From: a virus
Length of the DNA: 64,000 bases
IMG/VR virus record: IMGVR_UViG_3300025121_000038
Coordinates: 16,999 to 80,998 of that record
Direction: 5' to 3' (one strand)
Position numbers and translations under genes: made by a program. Shown here piece after piece: positions 27,430 through 38,248 of the stretch. Positions within the stretch are counted from its first letter, which is position 1. Each line of letters begins with the position of its first letter. The notes beneath the pieces were generated by a model that saw nothing but the letters and a program-made list of their open reading frames with translations, made no database searches and was not told where the DNA came from.

Positions 27430-27981
27430 TTAGCTCTGATCTTCGAAAGTATCTTCAAAAGATTCAGCACTCACTGAAGTCTCGGTCGGAGTTACAGACT
27501 TACGTAAAATACCTTTCAGATCCTCCTCATAAACTGCCTTCATGATCTGGTAAGCATCCCGTAATTCGTCAAGGACGAGTCCGTTTCTCTTTATAACGTC
27601 TGGGTAAAACGCAATAGGGTAAGGGATTGACCAATAATGCATGTCTCCGCCCTTGTCGTCTTCTTCTCCTGTAATACCAGACAACAAAGTATCTACCCAG
27701 TATCGTCTTTGAGCTACAGAATATTCCTGCCATATATCATATCCAAACTCTAATACTAAGTCTTTCTTAGTTAGAAGTTCATACTTTCCAGCTCCCATCT
27801 TAGTAAAATTGCCGGGTATTACTTGAGTAGTTTCTCCATCTAGGGTCAGATTTTTTCTAGATGCTTTATCTTTGAAAAGATACGCAATCTTAGCGCTCGC
27901 CAAATATGGATGAGCGTTGGCAATTAGATCTTCAGCTAGTTCTTTTAATTCGTCACTTTCCCAATAATCAGCCATTGTCAT
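27430..27981 (-). CDS. putative phage metallopeptidase-like protein lacking HExxH
   Basis: HPYL...IAYLF...W.......WVD pattern; catalytic motif absent. Confidence 0.45.
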   Translation of the reverse strand: MTMADYWESDELKELAEDLIANAHPYLASAKIAYLFKDKASRKNLTLDGETTQVIPGNFTKMGAGKYELLTKKDLVLEFGYDIWQEYSVAQRRYWVDTLLSGITGEEDDKGGDMHYWSIPYPIAFYPDVIKRNGLVLDELRDAYQIMKAVYEEDLKGILRKSVTPTETSVSAESFEDTFEDQS

Positions 27982-28418
27982 TTTCTCCTGACACGTAATG
28001 CTCGTTGTTTGTTTTCGATAACTGCTAGTAAGTATGATACTTCATCGCCTATTGTAAAATCATCATACATTACATCCGCAAAGTGGAAAAACACGTCTCC
28101 TTTTGTAGAACCTACAAATCCATATCCTAGATTGTCAAACTTTTTGGTTATTAATCCGATTTGGGTTGGAAGTGTTAAAGGATTTAGTCTTCTAACCCTT
28201 AGAGCTGAAGGTCCACGCCTAAAGTCATGTAGATCATATTCTACAAGCTCTCCAGGAATCAAAATGTCAGAAGGGTCTCCTTCATTCTCTAATATATTAG
28301 AGACATGAACGAATACATCTGCATCTAAGGTCTGAATATATCCAGAAGTATCTTGAGAAGATTTATGGATAAATCCACTTCCGTTTTTTGTTTTGAATGA
28401 TTTGACTTTTCCGAACAC
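27978..28418 (-). CDS. double cold-shock-domain protein
   Basis: GKVKSF...GFI...DVFVH; GYGFV...DVFFH. Confidence 0.88.
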   Translation of the reverse strand: MFGKVKSFKTKNGSGFIHKSSQDTSGYIQTLDADVFVHVSNILENEGDPSDILIPGELVEYDLHDFRRGPSALRVRRLNPLTLPTQIGLITKKFDNLGYGFVGSTKGDVFFHFADVMYDDFTIGDEVSYLLAVIENKQRALRVRRK

Positions 28419-28488
28419 TGATACCTCGTTCTAGAAAAAAGCGTCTACGGTAGGTTACAACAATAAAGATTAGATTGGATATGGAATT

Positions 28489-31400
28489 TTAATAAGAACG
28501 ATCTTGCACTCTTTCTAAGTGTACAACGTACAGTACTCTTATTCTACTTACATCTGCAATTGCATACTCAGCGTCTCTACCGCCATATCCATTATTGTCT
28601 ACTTTCTTGGGCCAGTAAACGCTATCATACCCGGCTGAGTTCCAAGACCTCTTTTGATGATCGTTTTTGTCATTTAAGATCAAACAATTACCTAAATCTA
28701 CTTCACAAATTAAAAAGGCTCCGGATTCAGTATATACCCCAAACCCACCGCTGATATATTGAGCACTCTTGCTTCCGCAATCTGTAAAATATATACCATC
28801 CCCCAACATTCTACCGCTCTTCGCGGTAGTCATGACTTTGAAATGATTTTGTATAATTAATCCAGCTGCAAAGTAGTGAGTGCCATGTATCAATGTTTTT
28901 ACATTTGTAGTGGGGTTTTTCCTCTTCTCATATTCTTTTTGAGGAGGGTTAACAACCTTAAATACACTTTTGATATTTGGTTTGATACCTCGATCTGCAC
29001 CTTTCCAGGTATCCTTTATGAATTTTTCAATCTTATCATGTTCATCGTTAGCTACCGCGTCTATTCTAACCGTAGATTTAGATGCGTCTGCTTCTGGTTT
29101 AATAAAATCAAAAACTCTAAGAGGATTTGATAATAACCATCCTCGAATGTCAGTATCCGACGCACGTTCAAGGGACATACTGAACAATTCTTTGTGCGTG
29201 ATAGTCCTAGATTTGGATTTGATAAGATTCAAAAACTCAGAGGTCTTGCTAGAATCATTAGTTCCAAGAGTAAATTCTGTATCTAAAGGAGCTGATAAAG
29301 GTATGGCTCTTTCTACTAAACTTTGTAGTAATGTTTCTGTGGTACTTCTGTTATTGGTCTCATCAAGCCATTTTTCTTTAGCAGACTGAGTCTTTAAGCC
29401 ATCCCAATAATCTAGTACACTTCCAATTTTCTCTGAGCGAACTCTACCAGACCCATTGAATTTTTCATTTAAAGGGGCTGAGTCTATCTTAGTGACTATA
29501 GGAATCATGTCCAGAGTAAACTGCTTCTTTCTTAATTTGAACTCCTTAGACAACAAGAATGTTAGCAAAATATTTTTGAAGTCTGAGTCTAGATCCAATT
29601 TTTCAAGAAAGGCTTCTCTCACCTTAGGACCAAAAGTACCTTGTACTTCGTAATAATATTTGAAGAGATCTAATGTCTGTGTGGAGTCAGCCCTCTCAAT
29701 CATAGATGCTTTAGTTCTAGTATCCTCTGTAACATAAGATGGGTTTGGCCATTTTACACCCTTAACTTCCATAATACCTTTACCACGCATATATTCTATC
29801 ATGCCAGGTAAGCGTGTGTCAAATTCCCATTTCGGACATGCCTGTATTAAAAGGGTTCTAGAGTTTGTATCAAACTCCCACAAAAAGTCTAAAAGCTCTT
29901 TGGATCCATACTGTACAACTGCCATTTTAAACCCAAAATTTACAGATTTGGATTTCAAAAAATTGGTCAGTACCGTATGAGAAGCGGTATCTAGTGCTGT
30001 TGTACCAGGCTTCCATAAGAGGTTTGCACAAGAAACGGGATCTTGATTTGTAATAGCTTCTGTTATCAAATCAGAATGACTATGTTCTTTCTCTTTTTCT
30101 CTTAAGGTCTGCCTACGTCTCAATTCTTCTTCAAATCTTCCTCTCGGACCCCAACCTAACTCATAATCTTTAGACGCTTTTACAAGGTCTGCGTCATCTA
30201 CCGCAGAAAGCCATACAGGGTGTTTAACATAAAAGCTAAAACATACATCTACTAAATCTCGGAATACCGGGAAAAGTGGTAGTATTGGGGACCTGTACAT
30301 ATCCCAAATAGGGAACCTTGAAGTTAGTTCGGTGAGAGATAAATTATCTAGTATAAATCTACAGTTATTCTGTCCAATATTGTAAAGATCTTTATCCTTT
30401 AAAGATACGATCCGCATCACAGTATTGGGTCCGAATGGTCTCATAGATCTTATGCAAGCTTGTACATCTAAAGTTGTAGCATTACCAAGAGCCAGAGCCC
30501 CTAACGCTGACTTAAATTGGTCATCCGACATCTTTAATACAGCTTCATCAAATCCAATTAAAGATGATTGCCAATTCCCATCCATACGATAGGAATAAGA
30601 ACTAGCCATTCGTTCTAAATGTGCGTTCAGATACATTGGGGCGTTTTCAGCAAAATCATCTCTACCAAAAACACCATTTATTATTGGGTTAGAGGATGCG
30701 GTTATTGTACTCACAACAGTATTAGAGTCTACTCCAATAACTGCTGCTGCTTGGATTAAGTGTGATGAGGATCCAATATAATTGGCGGCTATATCAGGCA
30801 TTGTACGTATGATACAAGCTATAGTAGCATCTCTAGTGTCTGGTCCTACCTCTCTGACTACGGCTCTATCTTCTAACAGAGACAAAATATACTGTTTATC
30901 TGTTTTAGAGAATTCAGTTATTCTGTTGCAAATTTGTGAAATTAATTTATATTTAGACTTCTTAACTTGTTTGATTAACTCATCTGGCGGTATATTGTTA
31001 CCTACCCATGCTTGTATACCATCAACCTCTATGTCCAATAATTCCAAATAATCTCCAGGACGTAATCTAGGCAGAACTACTTCAAGGACATCTCTTGTAT
31101 AATAGAACATATTATGCATGGTCAAAAATTTAGCTAAAGTAGCTACAGACGCTCTTCTTGCTACACATATATCAATATCGGATGATCTGCTATATCTTGT
31201 CAACAAGGCATACTTATCTACTAATTTGTCAGGATCTAAACATTCGAAATATTGCAATAACTGAGAGGAAGACATACTATTGATATCTGAGTATCTTCTT
31301 TCCATTTCTTCAGCTTTTACCTTCAAGCCCTTTGATTTCAACTCTATCGCATCTGACAATTTAGCATGTAAAGGGTCGGATGCATCTACAGACTCTTGCA

Positions 31401-32931
31401 AAACGTCTATATATTTAGACGGCAAAAAAGTAAATAACCATATGTGAACCGGATTAGATGAAACACGCCATATATCTGAGATATAAGCAAGAGACCCACC
31501 CGGATAAGACCCTAAACTATTTTCTAAATAATCTATGAATCCTTTCTTAAAAGTAGTCTCTTCAAGGAAGAGTATGTCTTCTCTAGACAATTTTTGGAAA
31601 AAAGTAAGAAACAAATTGAGGTCTACTGCACTACGAGACCATCTATCAGCTCTTACAGCTTTGATTATCTCACCCCAAGGTCTTCCAAAGATGCTGTTTA
31701 TGAATGTCGCATCTTTCACAAGATTAGCTTTTAACAAGGGTTCTATTTCTGCTCGGGTACAGTCAAAAAGCCACAATACTTCAAGGTTTCTATCACTGTT
31801 ACCATTACGTACAATTTCATTGAATAAAGTTATTCTCTCCGGCTTAGAGAGTCTGTGTATTAATGGATCTGGATCGGGAGCGTAACCCCATATTTGGGAG
31901 ATTTGTGCATTTGTCCACCGTTCTGGACTTACTACAATCACAGCAGCTTTATAAAAATCAGAATTAGCAAACAAACTGTAATCCATCATCTTAAGAGTTA
32001 GACTCTCTCTTCCTTTTAGGAGCGTTTTATAAGTTGCTTCCCAGTTTTTCGGAAACTTAGATCTCCAGCCGTAATTCCCTAAAGTATATCGTAGATACTC
32101 AAATAATATATCATCTTTGAGTTTAGAGAAATTACCTACTGTTACAAGTCCATTTGCCTCATACTTAGGCATTAAATAACCTTGCATGTATCCACGAGCA
32201 AACAAGGCACTTAATACACTCTTATCACCTTCATCTGCTATGGTCGCTAAATTCTTTAATGTCTGATCATCTGTAGTATGTTGAGCAAGGTATAATCTAT
32301 CGCCTTTGGACATTACCCGTATATCAGCTAAATCCGCTATAAAGTTAGTTGGGATACCAGTTTCTGTCGGCTGTGGAGCAGAAGCCACCATTTTGTCTAG
32401 GTCCAACAAAATCATATCCAACATTCTTCGTATGCGTGGGTTACGGAGATTATCTAAGGACTCAATCAACTGTAGCTCTACATCTTTGTTAGGAACAGAC
32501 CCATTCCTGAAATAAATCGTTGCAGGAATCAATACAGCTCTTAACTTAGGAACATGGACATGTTTAATATCATCTCGTATAGATGTGAATATTCTCTTTA
32601 GAGAAGGAGCATGATAGTTACCCGCTGCAACACGGGTCTGCACTTGATCAAATAAAGCTTTTACTTCTCCATACTCACCTGGATTCAAAATACTTTGGAG
32701 GAACTCATAAAACTCTGTAGAATTATTCTCCAAATGCTTGTATCTATTCATAGTGGTTATGAATTGACTACCATTGTAGAGAGTAGTAGCGTCTATAGAC
32801 TTTGAGTCATTTTTATAGAAATCAGACTTCGAGAATATGTACAATATCGCCAAGAATTGGACTATTTCAATCCACTCTGATCTATATTGATCAATTGGGT
32901 GTAAAGAAGGATCAACAGCTACTTTATTCAT
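28489..32931 (-). CDS. 1480-aa protein with C-terminal PARP-type ADP-ribosyltransferase domain
   Basis: LIHGT...GRMLGDGIYF...SKSAQY...CEVDLG...YDSV...EYAI (H-Y-E triad). Confidence 0.88.
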   Translation of the reverse strand: MNKVAVDPSLHPIDQYRSEWIEIVQFLAILYIFSKSDFYKNDSKSIDATTLYNGSQFITTMNRYKHLENNSTEFYEFLQSILNPGEYGEVKALFDQVQTRVAAGNYHAPSLKRIFTSIRDDIKHVHVPKLRAVLIPATIYFRNGSVPNKDVELQLIESLDNLRNPRIRRMLDMILLDLDKMVASAPQPTETGIPTNFIADLADIRVMSKGDRLYLAQHTTDDQTLKNLATIADEGDKSVLSALFARGYMQGYLMPKYEANGLVTVGNFSKLKDDILFEYLRYTLGNYGWRSKFPKNWEATYKTLLKGRESLTLKMMDYSLFANSDFYKAAVIVVSPERWTNAQISQIWGYAPDPDPLIHRLSKPERITLFNEIVRNGNSDRNLEVLWLFDCTRAEIEPLLKANLVKDATFINSIFGRPWGEIIKAVRADRWSRSAVDLNLFLTFFQKLSREDILFLEETTFKKGFIDYLENSLGSYPGGSLAYISDIWRVSSNPVHIWLFTFLPSKYIDVLQESVDASDPLHAKLSDAIELKSKGLKVKAEEMERRYSDINSMSSSQLLQYFECLDPDKLVDKYALLTRYSRSSDIDICVARRASVATLAKFLTMHNMFYYTRDVLEVVLPRLRPGDYLELLDIEVDGIQAWVGNNIPPDELIKQVKKSKYKLISQICNRITEFSKTDKQYILSLLEDRAVVREVGPDTRDATIACIIRTMPDIAANYIGSSSHLIQAAAVIGVDSNTVVSTITASSNPIINGVFGRDDFAENAPMYLNAHLERMASSYSYRMDGNWQSSLIGFDEAVLKMSDDQFKSALGALALGNATTLDVQACIRSMRPFGPNTVMRIVSLKDKDLYNIGQNNCRFILDNLSLTELTSRFPIWDMYRSPILPLFPVFRDLVDVCFSFYVKHPVWLSAVDDADLVKASKDYELGWGPRGRFEEELRRRQTLREKEKEHSHSDLITEAITNQDPVSCANLLWKPGTTALDTASHTVLTNFLKSKSVNFGFKMAVVQYGSKELLDFLWEFDTNSRTLLIQACPKWEFDTRLPGMIEYMRGKGIMEVKGVKWPNPSYVTEDTRTKASMIERADSTQTLDLFKYYYEVQGTFGPKVREAFLEKLDLDSDFKNILLTFLLSKEFKLRKKQFTLDMIPIVTKIDSAPLNEKFNGSGRVRSEKIGSVLDYWDGLKTQSAKEKWLDETNNRSTTETLLQSLVERAIPLSAPLDTEFTLGTNDSSKTSEFLNLIKSKSRTITHKELFSMSLERASDTDIRGWLLSNPLRVFDFIKPEADASKSTVRIDAVANDEHDKIEKFIKDTWKGADRGIKPNIKSVFKVVNPPQKEYEKRKNPTTNVKTLIHGTHYFAAGLIIQNHFKVMTTAKSGRMLGDGIYFTDCGSKSAQYISGGFGVYTESGAFLICEVDLGNCLILNDKNDHQKRSWNSAGYDSVYWPKKVDNNGYGGRDAEYAIADVSRIRVLYVVHLERVQDRSY

Positions 32932-33149
32932 TCAACATCTCCAACTTGTTTTGCTTCAACATAGGCATACGGGTCTTTTATTTCTATTACTTCTTCCTCG
33001 TCTGTGACGACACACTCTCTACCTAAGCCTTGTAGGCTGCTCCTATAAAAAGGACAGCGGAAACAATCCAATAATACCCCGTGTCTAACAGCGTCTTCCT
33101 TCACACAATAGAGATAGCCATCTGGGTTAGCGTGGCTGTAATATTTCAT
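32928..33149 (-). CDS. small Cys-rich hypothetical protein
   Basis: ORF track, overlap with the PARP gene. Confidence 0.6.
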   Translation of the reverse strand: MKYYSHANPDGYLYCVKEDAVRHGVLLDCFRCPFYRSSLQGLGRECVVTDEEEVIEIKDPYAYVEAKQVGDVE

Positions 33150-33150
33150 A

Positions 33151-33846
33151 TTATCCTCTTAATAAGTCTAATTTCCCATCTTCCCAATCTTGTAGTCTAA
33201 TCTTTTTATCAGTCCTATGATCAAATACAAAACCATCTTGATACCTTATGGTTCTAATTTTATCCCCACGCATTCCAGAACCTACTTGACTCTGTCGATG
33301 TTGAGATATTTCTGATTTATTCTTCGATTCCATTTCTTCATGTATTCTTGATCTAAGAACAGATAATGCCATCTTTTTATTGGCATTTTGAGACTTAGAA
33401 GCAGAGTATGCTGTAATCTTTGTTGGCACATGAGTTATACGTACCGCAGAGTCTGTAGTATTCCTATGTTGTCCACCTGGACCTGATCCTCTCATAGTTT
33501 CATATATAAGATCCGAAGGTTTTATTTGCAAATCAAAGTCTGTAGGCTCTTTCAATACAGCTACTGTGACGGTAGAAGATTGTCTTCTACCTTTCTTTTC
33601 AGTAGGAGGAACTCTCTGTACTCTGTGCCCTCCAGCCTCGTTTACTAAAAGATTATAAACATCTCTACCAGTTACCATAAACGATATCTCATGGTAACCT
33701 TTAGAGGCTTCTTTCATTTCCAATATTTCAGTATCCCATTTATGGATAGAACAATATCGGACTAACACTTTAAACATATCATAGACAAATAATTTTGCAT
33801 CATCTCCACCTTCGGCGGATCTGATTTCTATAATGACGGTATCCAT
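33151..33846 (-). CDS. prfA: class I release factor, RF1-type, lacking the N-terminal domain
   Basis: HRVQRVPPTE (PxT), GPGGQ, IRT; 231 aa. Confidence 0.88.
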   Translation of the reverse strand: MDTVIIEIRSAEGGDDAKLFVYDMFKVLVRYCSIHKWDTEILEMKEASKGYHEISFMVTGRDVYNLLVNEAGGHRVQRVPPTEKKGRRQSSTVTVAVLKEPTDFDLQIKPSDLIYETMRGSGPGGQHRNTTDSAVRITHVPTKITAYSASKSQNANKKMALSVLRSRIHEEMESKNKSEISQHRQSQVGSGMRGDKIRTIRYQDGFVFDHRTDKKIRLQDWEDGKLDLLRG

Positions 33847-34102
33847 ACTCCAATTCCTTTCTTGTTATTTGAGATTTCTAGTTTCTTTTTATCTAGAAAA
33901 TTCAACTACAAGAAAGGAAGAAGATGGACTTGTATCTAACTTTGAGTGACTTTAGGCGAGGCGATAGGATTTTTTGGTACAGCAACAAGTGCTGGTTCTG
34001 GTTCATATTGTTTTACTTCTGGCTGATCAGTCTTTATATAAGATCTATTCACGAATGTACGAGGCGGTCTTAGTATCTTGCCACCTTTTTTATCAGACAT
34101 TG

Positions 34103-36330
34103 TCAACTCCAATTTACAGCAGTATGTATATTTTCTATAGGCTCTATTTTAGAAAAGTGATCTATAGCATCTTGTAACAGGTCTATCATTGTTTGTGGAC
34201 TATATTGAGTACTTACTATCCAATTGCCTGTATCAGAGTCCACATAAAACTTGATCAAACTATCATATGGGATCTGTTGACCGTTGATTTCAACAAACTT
34301 CTGCTTTCCTTTTTCAAGCTCTCGCATATCGTCTCCTTATAGAGACAAGCGATTACAAACAGATTAGGCTTCAGCAGGATTTTAGGTTTTATGCTTCTGT
34401 TCGAAAAGATCTCAGACTTTGGATAAGTCTGCTATTTGCTGACACACCAGGATCAATTCTGAAATAGAATTTGACAAGTCATCATATGTAGAATCAATAA
34501 TGAACTCTCCCCCTATACGTTTTACTTTAAACCTGCTACAAATTTGCTCTATAGCCTCGCCCTTCTCACAAAGAGCCTTAAAGTCAATAAACACGTTTAA
34601 CAAATAAGAAATAGTATGTCCAAGGTCAGTCAATAAGATTTTATCTCTCTGGTCCAAAAATAAATCTATGTTATCCTCATCAGGATACAAGAACGGAGTT
34701 TGCATCCTCAACATACCATTAGCTATAATGTCACATTTGACTACTAATGATTCAGAGACAAAATCATGTATGTTATTACAGGTAATCAGCATAGTAATTC
34801 AGAAACTTCTTTACGCATAAAATCTTGCAACCTGCGAAGCAATGTGGATGCATATAATCTTGCTTCATGAGGCCAAGGATCATCTTCATCTATAGGTTCA
34901 GTCCGTGGGTATTCTATAATAGAAAGGACTTCCTCTATAGACAACTCTGGCATTTTCACATAAGTATCTGCGGGACCTACCAATACTTTTGCTTCATACA
35001 TAAGATGTTGAACAACTTTTTGCAAATCATTTCTTCTCACTTCAATCATGAATTAACTCTCTAAGTTTAAAATCTGCTGTGTTTACTTCTTCCGCCAAAT
35101 AATCTCTGTCTTGAGGACATTTTCTATACCAATACGGGTCTTCAATATCCCCACCTACTGTAGCCGTGTTAAACTTTTGATGAAATTTCTGGTACACTAA
35201 ATGAGCCAAATCCTCGGGTAAAAACAAACCCCACTGCTCATGAAAGAATATTCCTTTCTTTCGGTCTTCATCATGTTTTCCTATCAACTCTCGTGCTTCT
35301 ACCTCGACAGCCTTTAACATATATTGGGCTGCTTTACATACAGCCATTTCGAAAGTTTCAGCATATATTGTTTCAGGATTCATATATGAGTAACCACACG
35401 GTATGCTTACCGGAGCAATCCATTTTATTTTATGGTTGTAAGATTTCCATCTTACAAAAGTTTCAATATCCTCATCTTCAAAATATTTTTCTATAGGTAG
35501 ACACCAGAATTCAAATTTTTCACGTTTATCTACTCGGTATCTACATGGATAAGGATAACGACTGTCTTTTTGTCCAGTTTGAAGTTTATTTAAAGCAGTG
35601 TAAACGTGTTTTGCATATTCTGGATTAGTGCTATATGGGTACGGATAACCACCTCTGTTGAACATTAATGTATGGATGTTCATGTCCAATTCAGAATATT
35701 TCGTCTTATTGTCTAAAACGTACCTAGTATATTTATTTTTTACAGTTAGTATATGATCATCTATTAAGGTTCGGCCTTCCTCAAAAGTATAACATTTACC
35801 ATGCTCTCCAAATACACGCCACGTATGCCAACCATAACCAAGCTCTAGACCATAGACTCGTCCATAATTATTCCAACGTTCCCATCTTTCCCAAGAACTA
35901 CAAAGAGGGTTGAAAATCCAAGGTCCAATTTTTGTGACAAATTTACGTTTCATGAACGCCCAACATACCAAGAAAGGTTACGAAAAATAGGTACTCCATT
36001 CAAATCCGTGCCGTCATTTCTACAGTAAGGTCCATTACTATATACGGTTATTACATCGCCTGTCTGTACTTTATACCCACCTATATTAATTTTAAGGCCA
36101 TATTCTAAAGTACACCAAGCGCCATTTCCGATATATTCAACTTCTAAAACTTTGTAATTTTGTTTAGGAACATCTTCCCATCTAGGCCCGGTAGAAGGCA
36201 TAGAAACAAGATGTTGATTAAACTGGCTTTCGACAGTATTTTTAACACCTTTTGGGTCTGCTGAAAATGTCACTTCCAAAACAAGTTCCCAAAATAAGTC
36301 GTATCTTGACACAGACTTCTCCTCGAACAT
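34103..36330 (-). CDS. hypothetical proteins (34103-34327, 34412-34792 DUF1828-like, 34786-35049, 35042-35971, 35950-36330)
   Basis: ORF track; TPFLYPDEDNI...LTDLG in 34412-34792. Confidence 0.6.
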
Positions 36331-36371
36331 TTATTTGGATAACGGAATTGGAAATGTATGATTAAGAGATA

Positions 36372-37418
36372 TTAAGTGGGGTCATCTAGAAAATCTGTCA
36401 AATTACGAGTACCTGTTCTTGGGTTGGGTGCTTGAACAACAGAACTACCCTTTGGAACCATAGCTACAGATTTTTGTACGAGGTCATAATTTACTGCGCC
36501 ATAAGCGGTACTGCCTCTCCTTGATTGATAAGAAGAGTTGAAGACCTCGTCTTGATCGGTTCGTCTAGCTACACTAGCTAACATAGTCTCTACCACAAGG
36601 TTAGCTCGGTCCAGTTGTAAAACACGGTCAGGCCCTAAGGTAGTATCCCAATACTGGCGAATAAGTCTAGGGCTGTACTCAGGCATATCCGTTTCTTTAA
36701 GTATCACAAACACTTCCATTTTTCGAAGCAACGCTTGAAATATGTGCCGCACTTCCACAAGCTCTGGTTTCAAGGTCAGGGCCACAGATCTCTTTAGGTT
36801 AGAGGCTAATATTCTAGGAGCAGCAGCTTCATCCGTGATAATGTACGCATATACATGTTTAGCGCTGCTTACATCAACACTCTCTAGAAGATAGTATGCG
36901 GCGAGCTCTGGCGATTCTTCACCATCTCCACCACCACTCATCTTGGTAAAAGCCTGAAGATGAGAATCTAGTTCTGGACCACTTCCAAAAGTAGCTATTT
37001 GTATAGTATCTCCGTACTTTACATCCCCAAAAGCGATAAACAAAATCTCCAAACTCTGGCCTAGAAGAGTTTGACTCTCTTCATAGAGATTTACCAGGAA
37101 TTTGAATATGTCTTCTCTCCATTGACCCATGGACCCAGTCATATCCATCATGACTATGAGTACATTTTCTTTCGTGCTCTTAAGTACCTTAGCACGGAGA
37201 TCTGTATATGCGTGGACTGGTGGGGGTACTGCTACACTACCCATCAAGAGGTCTAGTCTGTCCAGAGGACCGCTGTCTGGGGTTGAGGATCTAGTACCAT
37301 ATTGTGACCTCGTTCGAGGACTATCATATGCCCTACGGGCACTAGAAAAGTCATCTCTGTCATTCTGGGGGTTATAAGAAGATCTATCATTACCGCCCCA
37401 TCCATGTGCTCCACTCAT
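36372..37418 (-). CDS. von Willebrand A domain protein
   Basis: MIDAS DMTGSMG; GGGDGEES; ITDE. Confidence 0.85.
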   Translation of the reverse strand: MSGAHGWGGNDRSSYNPQNDRDDFSSARRAYDSPRTRSQYGTRSSTPDSGPLDRLDLLMGSVAVPPPVHAYTDLRAKVLKSTKENVLIVMMDMTGSMGQWREDIFKFLVNLYEESQTLLGQSLEILFIAFGDVKYGDTIQIATFGSGPELDSHLQAFTKMSGGGDGEESPELAAYYLLESVDVSSAKHVYAYIITDEAAAPRILASNLKRSVALTLKPELVEVRHIFQALLRKMEVFVILKETDMPEYSPRLIRQYWDTTLGPDRVLQLDRANLVVETMLASVARRTDQDEVFNSSYQSRRGSTAYGAVNYDLVQKSVAMVPKGSSVVQAPNPRTGTRNLTDFLDDPT

Positions 37419-38248
37419 ACAGGTCTCCTTTTAAAAGATTCTAGGCACTCAGTACGATCAAACATTCTTTTTCGTAAATCCGCTAATTGAGTTCGAAGTT
37501 CATTGGCATTTGATGGTCTAGCCATAGGGTCCCTGCGTATGAGAGACATCAAAAACTCTCGTAATGGTGGTCTCATATTAGCTGGTGGCTCTCCTTGTTG
37601 TATATTTCCTCCGGCCAGAGCAACCCCTATCTTGCCTACAGAGTAAAAGTCAGACTGAGCTATAGGCGGTAGCCCTAATGCAAACTCTGGCGGCAGATAG
37701 CCCGGAGTCCCACCCTTTGCTAAAGTATCTGCATCGGGTCTTGAAGCTGCCATGCCGAGATCTACTAAGACTACCTCATGGTTTTCTATATTTATAATAC
37801 AGTTACCTGGTTTTAGATCACAGTGTACTATCTGGTGTCTACCATGCAAATAAGCCAGACCATATAAGATACGATCTAATACCCAACAAATATGTTCATC
37901 ATCTATGTGTCTACCAGGATAGTCTCTACCACTAATAGGCCCAGACTCCAGTATTTTATCTAGTGACTCTCCTTGTATGAAGGATAGAACTATAAATCTT
38001 TCTAAACCTTCTTTACCAGGTATCTCTAAGTAATTTTGGAAAGATGGTAAAGCAGGATGTCTCATTTTAGATAAGAGGATAGCCTCTTCCTTGAACATCC
38101 TAATAAAAGGCTCTTGCTGTGTCTTCTCCCTTTTCAGACAGACCGGTACTTCTGTTCCAAGTATAGAATGGTGTCCTGTATATATCCACCCAAAAGACCC
38201 TTCTCCAAGGGCTCCCGTGATATAATAATTACCAACTAATTTTGGCAT
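37415..38248 (-). CDS. Ser/Thr protein kinase
   Basis: LGEGSFG, HCDLKPGN, DLG, GTPGYLPPE. Confidence 0.93.
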   Translation of the reverse strand: MPKLVGNYYITGALGEGSFGWIYTGHHSILGTEVPVCLKREKTQQEPFIRMFKEEAILLSKMRHPALPSFQNYLEIPGKEGLERFIVLSFIQGESLDKILESGPISGRDYPGRHIDDEHICWVLDRILYGLAYLHGRHQIVHCDLKPGNCIINIENHEVVLVDLGMAASRPDADTLAKGGTPGYLPPEFALGLPPIAQSDFYSVGKIGVALAGGNIQQGEPPANMRPPLREFLMSLIRRDPMARPSNANELRTQLADLRKRMFDRTECLESFKRRPV

